Shown here: positions 1 through 9,269 of the stretch, one piece after another
Numbering within the stretch: position 1 is the stretch's first letter
Layout: each line of letters begins with the position of its first letter
Assembly (NCBI GenBank): GCA_938005475.1
Contig: CALLNY010000031.1
Location: 64,001 to 128,000, forward strand
DNA: 64,000 nucleotides
From: an uncultured Bacteroidia bacterium
Lineage (GTDB): Bacteria > Bacteroidota > Bacteroidia > J057 > CALLMJ01
Reading direction: 5' to 3'
Translations under genes and position numbers: made by a program
The notes under the pieces: model-generated
What the model saw: the letters and a program-made list of their open reading frames with translations, nothing else
Databases searched by the model: none
What the model was told of the DNA's origin: nothing

Positions 1-978
1 CATGTTCAAATAGCACAAAAAGCAGATTTAATTCTAATAGCCCCTGCTACTATGAATACTATCACCAAATTAGCCTGCGGCATTTGTGATGACGCTGTCA
101 CCGCAACCGTTTTTTCTGCTTCCTGCCCCATCTTGATTGCTCCCGCTATGGACAAAGACATGTTCAATTCGCCTCAAAATCAAAAAAACCTTCAAACTCT
201 TCAGGCATTCGGTTACCGTATTCTACCAACAGAAACAGGATTTCTTGCTTCTGGATTATACGGGGAAGGTAGACTTTTAGAACCGGATATTATCGTTGAA
301 CAGGTCCTTTTTACTTTAACTCCTAAATTATTACTTAACCAAAACCTTCTAATCAACGTAGGTCCTACCCAAGAGCCTATAGACCCCGTGCGTTTTATTT
401 CTAATTATTCTACTGGGAAAATGGGAATTGCTATTGCCAAGTGGGCTTATCGTATGGGAGCACAAGTTACGCTTATTGCAGGTGCAATCACTGCTGAGAT
501 CCCTCCCATTCCTATTCAGGTAGTTCGTGTTCAAACCGCTAACCAAATGTTTCAGGCTATGCTAGAACACTTCCCAAAAGCCAGTATTATTATTGGAACC
601 GCCGCAGTAGCCGATTTTAAACCTCAATTTTCTCAAAACCAAAAAATCAAAAAAATAGATAATCAAGAAATAATAAACCTTGTACTCACCCAAAATCCCG
701 ATATATTACTAGAACTGGGTAAACAAAAAAAAACACACCAAAAATTAGTGGGATTTGCACTAGAAACCCATAATGAGCTAGAAAATGCTAAAAAAAAACT
801 TTTAAAAAAAAATTTGGATTGGATTGTCTTAAACTCTACGCAAGAAAAAGGTGCTACCTTCGGGCATGATACTAATAAAGTTTATTTTATTTCCTCTAAC
901 CAGGTTATAGAAACTGAATTATTACCTAAAGAACAAATCGCTATCCAATTATTACAAATCATAGCTTCTATGCACTAA
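1..978 (+). CDS. coaBC: bifunctional phosphopantothenoylcysteine decarboxylase/phosphopantothenate-cysteine ligase (5' partial; frame is open from base 1)
   Basis: Frame 1 reads ...ADLILIAPATMNTITKLACGICDD, the CoaC flavoprotein motif. Downstream is a CoaB-like ligase region. No stop upstream within the window, so the N-terminus lies outside it. Confidence 0.8.
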   Translation, partial: HVQIAQKADLILIAPATMNTITKLACGICDDAVTATVFSASCPILIAPAMDKDMFNSPQNQKNLQTLQAFGYRILPTETGFLASGLYGEGRLLEPDIIVEQVLFTLTPKLLLNQNLLINVGPTQEPIDPVRFISNYSTGKMGIAIAKWAYRMGAQVTLIAGAITAEIPPIPIQVVRVQTANQMFQAMLEHFPKASIIIGTAAVADFKPQFSQNQKIKKIDNQEIINLVLTQNPDILLELGKQKKTHQKLVGFALETHNELENAKKKLLKKNLDWIVLNSTQEKGATFGHDTNKVYFISSNQVIETELLPKEQIAIQLLQIIASMH

Positions 979-981
979 AAG

Positions 982-1854
982 ATGCTCACCCAGCGCAATT
1001 TAATTGGAATTTTCTTCGCCTCAAGACCTATCAACCTCCTCATTACTTGGATTACCTTTTCTGTAGCCGCTTATTTTTCTTATTTGCATCACTTTGATTT
1101 CCTTTATTCTTCTGTATATTGGCTACAAGTAACCTGTATGTTAATTATCACCGCATCAGGATACATCATCAACGATTTATATGACTATAAGATAGACTTA
1201 ATCAACAAACCTCATAAAACTTACGTCAATATTTACGCATCCTCTAAAAAATTTTGGACCTCCTATTGGTTGATGACGTTCGCTGCCGCAATTTTAAGCC
1301 TTTTTTTACCATGGAAATTTTTAATTATCAACTATGGAAGTATGTTCTTGCTCTATTTATACGCTTATTATTTTAAACGCTATGCTATTGTTGGAAATTT
1401 AATTGTGAGTACATTGACTTCCATGGTAGTTATTTCCGGAGGGCTATTAGCTCATATTAAACTCCCTTTGATGTGGATGAGTATTTTTGCTTTTCAAATT
1501 ACTTTAATACGTGAAATTGTCAAAGATATAGAAGATTTAAAAGGAGATTTAAAAAATCAATTAAAAACATTACCCATTATAGCCGGCCTTAAATTAACTC
1601 AAATCGTTTTATTAAGTTTAATGGTTGTTATTATTTTAACGATATTATTACCGTTTCTTGTGTATTACAGTCTTTTCCATGAATTCTTATGGGATTATTT
1701 ATTAAGCAGTATTTTGCTGGTTATTTTTCCTCTTTTCTGGGTAATGAAAATCTTGATGACAAAGGGCTTTTTTTTCTTAAAATATACTAAAACAAGCTTA
1801 TATTTAAAATGGATTATGATTGGTGGAATTATTAGCTGTTTCTTTTTGAAATAA
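982..1854 (+). CDS. UbiA-family polyprenyltransferase (integral membrane)
   Basis: Multi-TM 290-aa protein with an NDLYDYKID (NDxxDxxxD) prenyl-diphosphate binding motif. Subfamily not assignable. Confidence 0.65.
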   Translation: MLTQRNLIGIFFASRPINLLITWITFSVAAYFSYLHHFDFLYSSVYWLQVTCMLIITASGYIINDLYDYKIDLINKPHKTYVNIYASSKKFWTSYWLMTFAAAILSLFLPWKFLIINYGSMFLLYLYAYYFKRYAIVGNLIVSTLTSMVVISGGLLAHIKLPLMWMSIFAFQITLIREIVKDIEDLKGDLKNQLKTLPIIAGLKLTQIVLLSLMVVIILTILLPFLVYYSLFHEFLWDYLLSSILLVIFPLFWVMKILMTKGFFFLKYTKTSLYLKWIMIGGIISCFFLK

Positions 1855-1857
1855 TAC

Positions 1858-3114
1858 TTAAACTTGGATAGTTAAGATTTCATTTAAATGAGTTGTGTAA
1901 CGGGGAGACCTGTACGCTTGTTTCATTTTCCATATGCGTTTATCTTGGGTAGCAAGACGCACTTTTTGTTGCCCATAAATGTTATTAATTTTATCAATTA
2001 CTTGCATTAAAGGGATATGTCGTTCATTACGTTTTTCGAAAAGAGAGCCTTGTGAATAATCAGCTTGTGAAAGGTCTTGTACTATAACACCTGCTTTTTT
2101 GTAAGCATATCCGGGTTTAAAGATGAGTTTTAAAGCTTGTGTAGCAAAAGAAGCTAGTTCTATGTTGGAGTTAGTTGGAAAAGGTAGTTTAATATTGATG
2201 CTTGGATTATATTGGGGTAAATCTTTACGATGTTTGTTAGTACGAAGGAAAACTAATAAAGCATTACAACACGAATTTTGTTTACGTAATTTTTCTGCAC
2301 ATAAAACGGCAAAAGTTGCGATACGTTCTCTCAGTTGTTCCCATTCTGTATAAGAGGACTCAAAACTGCGAGTTGTAGCTATATTTTTTTTGATGGAGGG
2401 TTCTTCTAGTTCTAAAACAGGGTTTCCTTGCAAATCATGTTTTAGTCGTAACCCTACTATGGTCATGAGTTTTCTTACTGTGGTATCATCAAGTTGAGTA
2501 AAATCATAAGCAGTTTTTATGCCCATTGAAGATAGCCGTAGGCTGTGTTGTTTTCCGATGCCCCAAATATCTTCTACTTTAAGCCATTGTAAAGCTTTAA
2601 TGCGTTTTTTTTCGTTATCTATGAGATAAACTCCTTGGGTTTCTTGAGGATATTTTTTGGCTATGCGGTTAGCAACTTTTGCTAACGATTTGGTCGGGGC
2701 TATCCCTATACTGATTGGGATTCCTGTCCATTTCATTACTCTATGGCGCATTTGTTGTCCGTAGTCTTGCAAATTAAAATTGGTAAAGCCATCAAATCTT
2801 AAAAAACATTCGTCGATGCTATAGATTTCGATCTCAGGGGAGAACTCGGAGAGTATATTCATAACGCGGTTACTCATGTCTCCGTATAATTCAAAATTAG
2901 CGGAGAAGACTTGAACTTGGTGTTGCTCGAATAGTTTTTCGTATTCAAATGCAGGAGCACCCATCGGGATTCCTAATGCTTTGGCTTCATTACTTCTTGC
3001 AATTACGCAACCATCATTATTAGAAAGCACTACAACCGGTTTCCCCTTTAAATCAGGACGAAATACTCGCTCGCACGAAGCATAAAAATTATTGCAATCC
3101 ACCAAAGCAAACAT
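1858..3114 (-). CDS. umuC: Y-family translesion DNA polymerase (UmuC / Pol V catalytic subunit-like)
   Basis: N-terminus [45 protein letters not shown] is the canonical UmuC/DinB palm start. 418 aa, immediately downstream of a UmuD-like gene. Confidence 0.85.
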   Translation of the reverse strand: MFALVDCNNFYASCERVFRPDLKGKPVVVLSNNDGCVIARSNEAKALGIPMGAPAFEYEKLFEQHQVQVFSANFELYGDMSNRVMNILSEFSPEIEIYSIDECFLRFDGFTNFNLQDYGQQMRHRVMKWTGIPISIGIAPTKSLAKVANRIAKKYPQETQGVYLIDNEKKRIKALQWLKVEDIWGIGKQHSLRLSSMGIKTAYDFTQLDDTTVRKLMTIVGLRLKHDLQGNPVLELEEPSIKKNIATTRSFESSYTEWEQLRERIATFAVLCAEKLRKQNSCCNALLVFLRTNKHRKDLPQYNPSINIKLPFPTNSNIELASFATQALKLIFKPGYAYKKAGVIVQDLSQADYSQGSLFEKRNERHIPLMQVIDKINNIYGQQKVRLATQDKRIWKMKQAYRSPRYTTHLNEILTIQV

Positions 3115-3117
3115 AGA

Positions 3118-3564
3118 TTACACCTTTTTGATAACGTAAGTAACAATTCCCCAAATTAAAAAATTTTCATCATTTACCAGAATCGGTTGATAGTTTTCAT
3201 TTTCAGGAAGAAGCCAAATTTTTTTTTGGTTAACCTGAATACGCTTAGCAGTAAATTCTCCATCAATATAACAAACTGCAATTTTACCGTTAGCAGGTTC
3301 TAGACTTCGGTCTATGACGAGTAAATCGCCATCATTTATTCCTGCATTTTTTAGGGATTCCCCTTTGACGCGTCCATAAAACGTTGCAGAAGGATTTTTG
3401 ATTAAATGCCGGTTTAAATCTATCGTTAGGTTAACAAAATCTAAAGCAGGTGAAGGAAAGCCCGCAGAAATTCCTTCTTCTACATAAGGTAATTCTAATT
3501 GCGTTTCTGCACTTACCGAGAAAATGTCTATTATACTGTGTTTAGCTTGCTTGCAAGATTTCAT
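3118..3564 (-). CDS. umuD: S24 LexA/UmuD-like self-cleaving peptidase (Pol V accessory subunit)
   Basis: 148 aa with the S24 core ...GESLKNAGINDGDLLVIDRSLEPANGKIAV... and a 4-nt gap to umuC, the canonical umuD-umuC order. Confidence 0.8.
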   Translation of the reverse strand: MKSCKQAKHSIIDIFSVSAETQLELPYVEEGISAGFPSPALDFVNLTIDLNRHLIKNPSATFYGRVKGESLKNAGINDGDLLVIDRSLEPANGKIAVCYIDGEFTAKRIQVNQKKIWLLPENENYQPILVNDENFLIWGIVTYVIKKV

Positions 3565-3580
3565 TAGGATGTTTAGGTTG

Positions 3581-3588
3581 CAAATCTA
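3581..3588 (-). promoter_or_regulatory. Bacteroidetes sigma-A -7 element (TAGATTTG on the minus strand) upstream of umuD
   Basis: The reverse complement of caaatcta matches TAnnTTTG about 17 nt upstream of the umuD start codon. It is embedded in a GTAGAT-N9-GTAGAT direct repeat. Confidence 0.35.
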
Positions 3589-3669
3589 CAAAAAAAAATC
3601 TACTTATATTATTTGTGATGCGTATTATTCAAAATTCTTAAAATCTTTTCTTTTTATTTATCATTTGTT

Positions 3670-3677
3670 TATATTTG
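3670..3677 (+). promoter_or_regulatory. Bacteroidetes -7 promoter element TATATTTG upstream of the paaC-like operon
   Basis: Exact TAnnTTTG match 22 nt upstream of the ATG at 3700. Confidence 0.4.
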
Positions 3678-3699
3678 CATTATCTTTCCTTAATAGTAT

Positions 3700-4464
3700 A
3701 TGAAGCCAGAAGTTTTGAGTGCATTAAAAAATTATTTATTCCAACTGGCTGATGATGAACTAATTATTGGTCATAGAAATTCTGAATGGACAGGAATAGG
3801 ACCTATCCTGGAAGAAGATATTGCTTTTGCATCTATGGCACAAGATGAAATTGGTCATGCTCAAGCTTTTTATCTTTTAATTCATGAACTTGGTGAACAA
3901 GACCCCGATACGCTCGCTTTCTATAGAAGTTATTCTATGTTTCGTTGTTGTCAGTTGGTAGAGTATCCTATTGGTGAATATGATTTCAGTTTAACAAGGC
4001 ATTTTCTTTATGATATTCAAGAAATGATTCGATTAAAAGCCTTATCGCAATCTAAATATGAACCACTCGCCAATCTGGCTTCTAAACTTATACGTGAAGA
4101 GAAATATCATTACATGCATGCTGTTACTTGGTTTCAACAGCTCACTAATGGTGGGGAAGAAGCCCGCATTCGTATGCAGAATGCTTTTAATTTTACTTAT
4201 CCATTAGCTTTTTCTTTGTTTGAACCTACGGATTACCATACGATTTTAGTTCAAGAAAGTTATATTCCCGCAGAGCAAGAACTAGAAAAGCAGTGGTTAC
4301 AAGAAATTCAAGCTATTACCCAAAAAACTCCTATCGTTATCCCTGAGGTCCCCAATAAAACGCTATATTATGGTGGGAGAGTTTGCAAACATTCTGAACA
4401 CCTCGAACCACTAGTAAACGAAATGTCCGAAGTTTTTGTTATAGATCCAACTGCTAAATGGTAA
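3700..4464 (+). CDS. PaaA/PaaC-family ferritin-like protein (phenylacetyl-CoA epoxidase subunit-like)
   Basis: 254 aa with ...EEDIAFASMAQDEIGHAQAFY... and ...LIREEKYHYMHAV.... Two E...ExxH motifs are consistent with a diiron site. Size matches PaaC. Confidence 0.6.
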   Translation: MKPEVLSALKNYLFQLADDELIIGHRNSEWTGIGPILEEDIAFASMAQDEIGHAQAFYLLIHELGEQDPDTLAFYRSYSMFRCCQLVEYPIGEYDFSLTRHFLYDIQEMIRLKALSQSKYEPLANLASKLIREEKYHYMHAVTWFQQLTNGGEEARIRMQNAFNFTYPLAFSLFEPTDYHTILVQESYIPAEQELEKQWLQEIQAITQKTPIVIPEVPNKTLYYGGRVCKHSEHLEPLVNEMSEVFVIDPTAKW

Positions 4465-4465
4465 T

Positions 4466-4942
4466 ATGATTACCAAAGAAAATATTTTAGAGTATCTTGA
4501 CGAAGTGAAAGACCCTGAAATCCCTACTATTTCTTTAGTAGATTTAGGAGTTATTTCGGATATACAAATTTATGAAAATCAAGAAGTTATAGTAGAAATA
4601 ACTCCTACTTTTGCGGGTTGTCCTGCTATTGAATATATGCGTAAAAACGTTGAAGAGGTGCTTCTAAAAAAAAACGTTCCTGCCAAAGCAGTTATCAATT
4701 ATAATAAAGTTTGGTCTTCGGATTTTATTACTGAAAAAGGATTGAAGCAATTACAAGCATTTGGTTTAGCTAAACCTTCTAAATCTACTGAAGATTTACT
4801 ACAAAGCATGCAAAACGTAGAATGTCCCAAATGTCATAGTAAAAATACTCAACTTCTAAACCCTTTTGGTCCTACTCTTTGTCGTGCTATTTTTCATTGT
4901 CACGATTGTAAAGAAACTTTTGAGCAGTTTAAAACTTTATAG
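4466..4942 (+). CDS. PaaD-like (DUF59/MIP18-type) protein with a C-terminal Cys cluster
   Basis: 158 aa with N-terminal ...VKDPEIPTISLVDLGVISDI... (DUF59) and C-terminal CPKCHS...CHDCK. 1-nt gap after the PaaC-like gene. Confidence 0.6.
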   Translation: MITKENILEYLDEVKDPEIPTISLVDLGVISDIQIYENQEVIVEITPTFAGCPAIEYMRKNVEEVLLKKNVPAKAVINYNKVWSSDFITEKGLKQLQAFGLAKPSKSTEDLLQSMQNVECPKCHSKNTQLLNPFGPTLCRAIFHCHDCKETFEQFKTL

Positions 4943-4963
4943 TCAAAGTATTGCATTTCATTT

Positions 4964-6541
4964 ATGATAAATTTGTTTTTGCGATTTCAACTTTTGGTTG
5001 AATTAGGGGTTGGGGTTTGTTTAGGGAAATGGGCTTACTCTCAAACGTTAGAACCTCCAGATAGCCTTGCGTTCATGCGTTATTCAGGGAAAGAACTTTA
5101 TTCTAAAGAATGTTGGGATACTTTACGTTTTGCATTTATAAAAAAGAAAGTGGAAATAGGATTGATATTTCCTGTATGGCAAGCAATTCATGGGCATGAA
5201 AAATTCACAGTATTAGAGGGAATCGTTTCTACAGAAACCCCTGATAACCCCATACGAGGCCCCCATATATCCGAAGAAGATTTTCCTAACTATCATTACT
5301 CGCACGATTTTTGTTTTAACGTTTTCCCTGATTCAGAATATAAACACTTGTTATGTTACTTTAATACAGCCAATGGGCAATGGGCTTGTAGAAGACACAT
5401 GCACGTAGAATGGGAAATTGGTATGGCGAGTGGTAATAAAACCAACTCTCTGAGAACAGAAATGCAAAAAGGAAATAGCGCAGGTTTTATTAGTTATGGG
5501 CACCAACGACAACAGCCCTTAAAACATCTACCTGCCATCGGTGACTGGGTACACCTGGAAGGAATCTACGTATGGGATAGAGGGCATCCTCCCGCTAAAA
5601 CCGAAATTCACCCTATTTTCTTTATGCTTATCAAAAGAAGAACCCCAGAAATTTATCAACAAAAAAAATCGTTACGATTAGATTTGTTTGCCAATGGTGA
5701 TGGCTCCGCTTTCTATAATAATTTCCCTAACCAACCCCATTTCGTCTTCCCTGTCTTTATGAACCAAAAAGATTATCAAGTTAAAATAAAACTTCCTGAT
5801 TACCTCCAAAATACTGACTTTAATATTGTAATACAAAATGAGCCCGGGCATACGGCTCCGATTTCTTGTTCGGTTCAAAAAATCAATGACCAAGAGCTAT
5901 TAGTTCAAGTGCCTTGGAAATCACAAAATTTACCTAATACCGTTAAATTCCATCAAGTTATTTATATAGTACCCAAAGAAAATATAGATATATCAGACTA
6001 TCAAAATGTTGTTGTAGTCCTACAAGAATTTAAAAGAATAAAAACGGTAGATTTCTTACGAAAACCGCAATTACGTGTATTTGTGAATATTCATCAGAAA
6101 TATTATTTTTTGAATGAGTGGTCTCCGAGTGAAGATATTCTTAATAAGGGCTGGGGAAAATCTTGTAAACGCAAATGGAAATTTCAAATTACTGATACTT
6201 TATTGATTCATAAGGATTCAATTTTTAGAGTTCAGTTCAATGCCTGGGAGGCTGATGGGGTCGATAAAGTTATGGGACAACTACTCAATCAAAATTGTGA
6301 TTGTGAATATAAGACCAAAAAAAACATGGTAAAAAGTTTAGTTCATTTAGGATTATTATTTAAAGGTTGCAAGGATGATGTACTACGAGAGGGATACCAA
6401 TACCATAGAGCTAATGAAATTGTTGGAAAACAAAAATTTATTATTTATAACCAAGGAGAAATTCAAGATGATCCATGCCCTTTTGGTAGATACAACCCTA
6501 CTAAGCGTTTAAAACTTACCTACAGCATTGAAAAACTATGA
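4964..6541 (+). CDS. hypothetical His/Cys-rich protein (525 aa), co-operonic with the PaaC/PaaD-like pair
   Basis: Long ORF 22 nt downstream of the paaD-like gene. The hydrophobic N-terminus is a possible signal peptide. No recognisable motifs. True start may be an internal Met. Confidence 0.45.
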   Translation: MINLFLRFQLLVELGVGVCLGKWAYSQTLEPPDSLAFMRYSGKELYSKECWDTLRFAFIKKKVEIGLIFPVWQAIHGHEKFTVLEGIVSTETPDNPIRGPHISEEDFPNYHYSHDFCFNVFPDSEYKHLLCYFNTANGQWACRRHMHVEWEIGMASGNKTNSLRTEMQKGNSAGFISYGHQRQQPLKHLPAIGDWVHLEGIYVWDRGHPPAKTEIHPIFFMLIKRRTPEIYQQKKSLRLDLFANGDGSAFYNNFPNQPHFVFPVFMNQKDYQVKIKLPDYLQNTDFNIVIQNEPGHTAPISCSVQKINDQELLVQVPWKSQNLPNTVKFHQVIYIVPKENIDISDYQNVVVVLQEFKRIKTVDFLRKPQLRVFVNIHQKYYFLNEWSPSEDILNKGWGKSCKRKWKFQITDTLLIHKDSIFRVQFNAWEADGVDKVMGQLLNQNCDCEYKTKKNMVKSLVHLGLLFKGCKDDVLREGYQYHRANEIVGKQKFIIYNQGEIQDDPCPFGRYNPTKRLKLTYSIEKL

Positions 6542-6547
6542 AATCGG

Positions 6548-6901
6548 TTAATCTATTTTAGTGAATTTTTGATTAACGGTTTGATTACCCGACTGGACAG
6601 TTACCACATAAGTGCCTGCAGGTAAATCACTAACGGAAAATTCGTATCTTTTTGTCCCGTCTAATATAAAAGATTTTAATTTTTGTCCTAACAAATTGTA
6701 AATGGAAATAGAGGTTATGGATTGATCTGATTCTACGAATAATCTATCTTTTGTAGGGTTAGGATAAGCTAGTATTTTGATTGGATTATCTATCTCTTGT
6801 ACATTAGGGATATCTCCAAGATGAAGTTTTAGAGCGGGTTTAGCGTGTATATACCTTACAAGCAAAAAGCTGAACAAAAATAGTATGTATATTTTTTTCA
6901 T
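6548..6901 (-). CDS. minimal T9SS substrate: signal peptide plus type-A C-terminal sorting domain only
   Basis: MKKIYILFLFSFLLV signal peptide, then ...ILAYPNPTKDRLFVESDQSITSISIYNLLGQKLKSF...LPAGTYVVTVQSGNQTVNQKFTKID (Por-secretion CTD). The ORF track extends to 6949 but the MKK start is more plausible. Confidence 0.55.
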   Translation of the reverse strand: MKKIYILFLFSFLLVRYIHAKPALKLHLGDIPNVQEIDNPIKILAYPNPTKDRLFVESDQSITSISIYNLLGQKLKSFILDGTKRYEFSVSDLPAGTYVVTVQSGNQTVNQKFTKID

Positions 6902-7110
6902 AGGAGTATAATTTGCTACAAAAATAAGAATAAAAATTATGCATGTCAAGAGTTAAGTAAAAAATTTTTTTATTTTTTAGAAATTTATTTACAAGCTAAA
7001 AACAAAATTGCAAGAAGTTTAAAATATACTTAATAAAAAAAGGAAACAATTTGATAAACTGCATATTAGTATTAAATTCTTATAAAAAACTTTAATAATT
7101 AAAAAAGTTC

Positions 7111-7118
7111 TATCTTTG
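7111..7118 (+). promoter_or_regulatory. -7 element TATCTTTG immediately upstream of the biotin carboxylase gene (possibly leaderless)
   Basis: Exact TAnnTTTG match ending 4 nt before the ATG at 7123. Confidence 0.3.
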
Positions 7119-7122
7119 CGAC

Positions 7123-9063
7123 ATGATTAAGAAAATATTGATAGCGAATCGTGGCGAGATTGCCTGTCGTATTGTAAGGACATGTAAATCATTAGGGATA
7201 GCTACTGTGGCGGTATATTCTGATGCGGATAAATTCTCTTTGCATGTAAAGATGGCGGATGAAGCGGTATGGATTGGGGAGTCTGCTCCGAGTGCTTCAT
7301 ACCTTAAAATGGATAAGTTGATAGAAGTTGCAAAACAAACTCAAGCAGATGCCATTCACCCAGGGTACGGTTTTTTAGCTGAAAATGCTACTTTTGCCCA
7401 GTTGTGTTGGGATAATGGTATAATCTTTATTGGTCCGAATCCCCAAGCTATTCAGGCTATGGGTTCAAAAAAAGAAGCAAAAGAATTAGTATCTCAATAT
7501 CAAGTACCTACTATCCCTGGCTACAATGGTTCAGACCAAAGTCTTCATAGATTACAATCTGAGGCACAGAAGATAGGTTTCCCATTACTTATCAAAGCGT
7601 CGGCGGGAGGAGGTGGCAAAGGTATGCGTATTGTACGAAGCCAAGAAGCGTTTAATGATGCCTTGAATGCCGCTAAAAGGGAAGCCCTTGCCGCTTTCGG
7701 TGATGATACTGTGCTCCTAGAAAAATATTTTGATACTTCCCGCCATATTGAAGTCCAAATTTTGGGGGATAAACACGGAAATATTATACATTGCTTTGAG
7801 AGAGAGTGTTCCATTCAAAGGCGTTATCAAAAAATTATTGAAGAAGCTCCATCACCCGCTCTAACCCCTGAACTACGAAAAAAAATTACTCAAGCCGCAA
7901 TCAATGCCGCAAAAGCTATTCAATACGATAATGCAGGTACGGTAGAGTTTTTATTAGATGAAGAAGGCTCTTTCTATTTCTTAGAAATCAATACACGTAT
8001 TCAGGTAGAACACCCTGTAACAGAGGCAATTACAAATATGGACTTAATTGCTATGCAAATTCATGTTGCAGAAGGTGGAATGCTACCACAACAGTCAACG
8101 CAATTTCATGGACACGCCATAGAATGTCGTATTTACGCAGAAGATCCCTATGATGATTTTATGCCACGAAATGGTAAATTATTAACTTTTGAAGTCCCTG
8201 ATTTAGTGCGTGTAGATACGGGAGTACAAGCTGGCGATACCATCTCCATCTTTTATGACCCAATGATAGCAAAAATTATTAGCCACGGCAAAAATCGTAA
8301 TGAAGCTATTCGTAAAATGATTTATGCTCTCCAAAATAGTAAAATACAAGGACTAACTCATAATCAAACTTACTTATTACAGATTTTACAACACCCTGCC
8401 TTCCAAAATGCCCAACTCTCTACAGCTTTTATTAAGCAATATGAAAACGATTTAAAATTTAATATTCAAGAACCTTTGTGGTTAGCAGCCGCTTTAATTT
8501 ATCAGTCGTTGAAAACCCCTTTAGCCTTGCCTTTTCTACCCCGTGGTTGGAGAAACAATCCTTACCAATGGAGTTACGAACTTTTCAAACTTCAAGAAAA
8601 AAATTTTAAGGTAGAATATCAATGGCTTGAGGAGGATAGTATTCAAATCAAAATAAAACAACAAGACTACACTATCACTCAAATAACCTTACAAAATCAT
8701 AGTTTAGTTTTCTTTTTAGACAAAGTAAAATATACATTTGAAGTACAAAAGACAAGCAAAGGCTTTGAAGTGTGGTATCAAGGTATCAATTTAGAAATTG
8801 AAACGATAGACAAATTACCTGATGTGGTTCAAGGAGAGAATAAAAATGCTTATGTTGCTCAAATGCCTGGAGAAGTATTAAAAGTTTTAGTACAAGTGGG
8901 AGAGATAGTGGAACCAGGAACTCCTTTAATGGTGTTGGTCTCTATGAAGATGGAAAACACGCTTTATGCGCATAGCAAAGGGATTGTTAAAGAGATTTTT
9001 GTAGCAGAAAAAAGCTTCGTAGAAGCAAATTCACAATTACTGCAAATAGAAAGTTTGAATTAA
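7123..9063 (+). CDS. biotin-dependent carboxylase alpha subunit (biotin carboxylase plus C-terminal biotinyl carrier domain)
   Basis: MIKKILIANRGEIACRIVRT (ATP-grasp biotin carboxylase N-terminus) and a C-terminal ...VLVSMKMEN... biotinyl-lysine motif. No carboxyltransferase gene adjacent. Confidence 0.8.
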   Translation: MIKKILIANRGEIACRIVRTCKSLGIATVAVYSDADKFSLHVKMADEAVWIGESAPSASYLKMDKLIEVAKQTQADAIHPGYGFLAENATFAQLCWDNGIIFIGPNPQAIQAMGSKKEAKELVSQYQVPTIPGYNGSDQSLHRLQSEAQKIGFPLLIKASAGGGGKGMRIVRSQEAFNDALNAAKREALAAFGDDTVLLEKYFDTSRHIEVQILGDKHGNIIHCFERECSIQRRYQKIIEEAPSPALTPELRKKITQAAINAAKAIQYDNAGTVEFLLDEEGSFYFLEINTRIQVEHPVTEAITNMDLIAMQIHVAEGGMLPQQSTQFHGHAIECRIYAEDPYDDFMPRNGKLLTFEVPDLVRVDTGVQAGDTISIFYDPMIAKIISHGKNRNEAIRKMIYALQNSKIQGLTHNQTYLLQILQHPAFQNAQLSTAFIKQYENDLKFNIQEPLWLAAALIYQSLKTPLALPFLPRGWRNNPYQWSYELFKLQEKNFKVEYQWLEEDSIQIKIKQQDYTITQITLQNHSLVFFLDKVKYTFEVQKTSKGFEVWYQGINLEIETIDKLPDVVQGENKNAYVAQMPGEVLKVLVQVGEIVEPGTPLMVLVSMKMENTLYAHSKGIVKEIFVAEKSFVEANSQLLQIESLN

Positions 9064-9246
9064 AGCAGATTTCTTCCCAGTTGTTTTACGAACTGAAATA
9101 ATCTCATTAAGGCTTTTAGATAACGTAGGTCACTTCGTTCGTTTGTTATGACAATATTTTAAGGTTATTGTTTTATAGAGCTGAAGGATTTAGTGGGTCT
9201 TGGTAAAACAAAAATAATTTATTTTCATTTTTTTCTGAAAATACTA

Positions 9247-9254
9247 TATATTTG
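9247..9254 (+). promoter_or_regulatory. -7 element TATATTTG upstream of the ceramidase-like gene
   Basis: Exact TAnnTTTG match. The ORF-track start at 9252 is TTG and falls inside this motif. The first ATG is at 9270. Confidence 0.4.
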
Positions 9255-9269
9255 CATAAAATTTTTTAC

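Noticed and set aside
349-546. Short antisense ORFs embedded in longer genes. Examples: 349-546(-), 2123-2353(+), 5678-5893(-), 7545-7814(-), 9266-9481(-), 9594-9806(-), 13586-14312(-) series, 18101-18711, 18883-19149, 20077-20274, 26053-26867 series, 27001-27216, 34209-34409, 36861-37103, 37842-38413, 38923-39147, 42424-42690, 45873-46088, 47051-47637, 53205-53411, 54435-54692, 56171-56419, 57047-57265, 58886-59098, 59443-59814, 60472-60741, 63331-63516.
   Set aside because: Each lies wholly inside, and antisense to or out of frame with, a well-supported longer gene. Their proteins are low-complexity with no motifs, so they are most likely spurious.
9064-9251. Possible hairpin (ACGAAC...GTTCGT) after the biotin carboxylase gene as a terminator
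   Set aside because: The stem is only 6 bp with a roughly 36-nt loop and no T-run, so it is not convincing.
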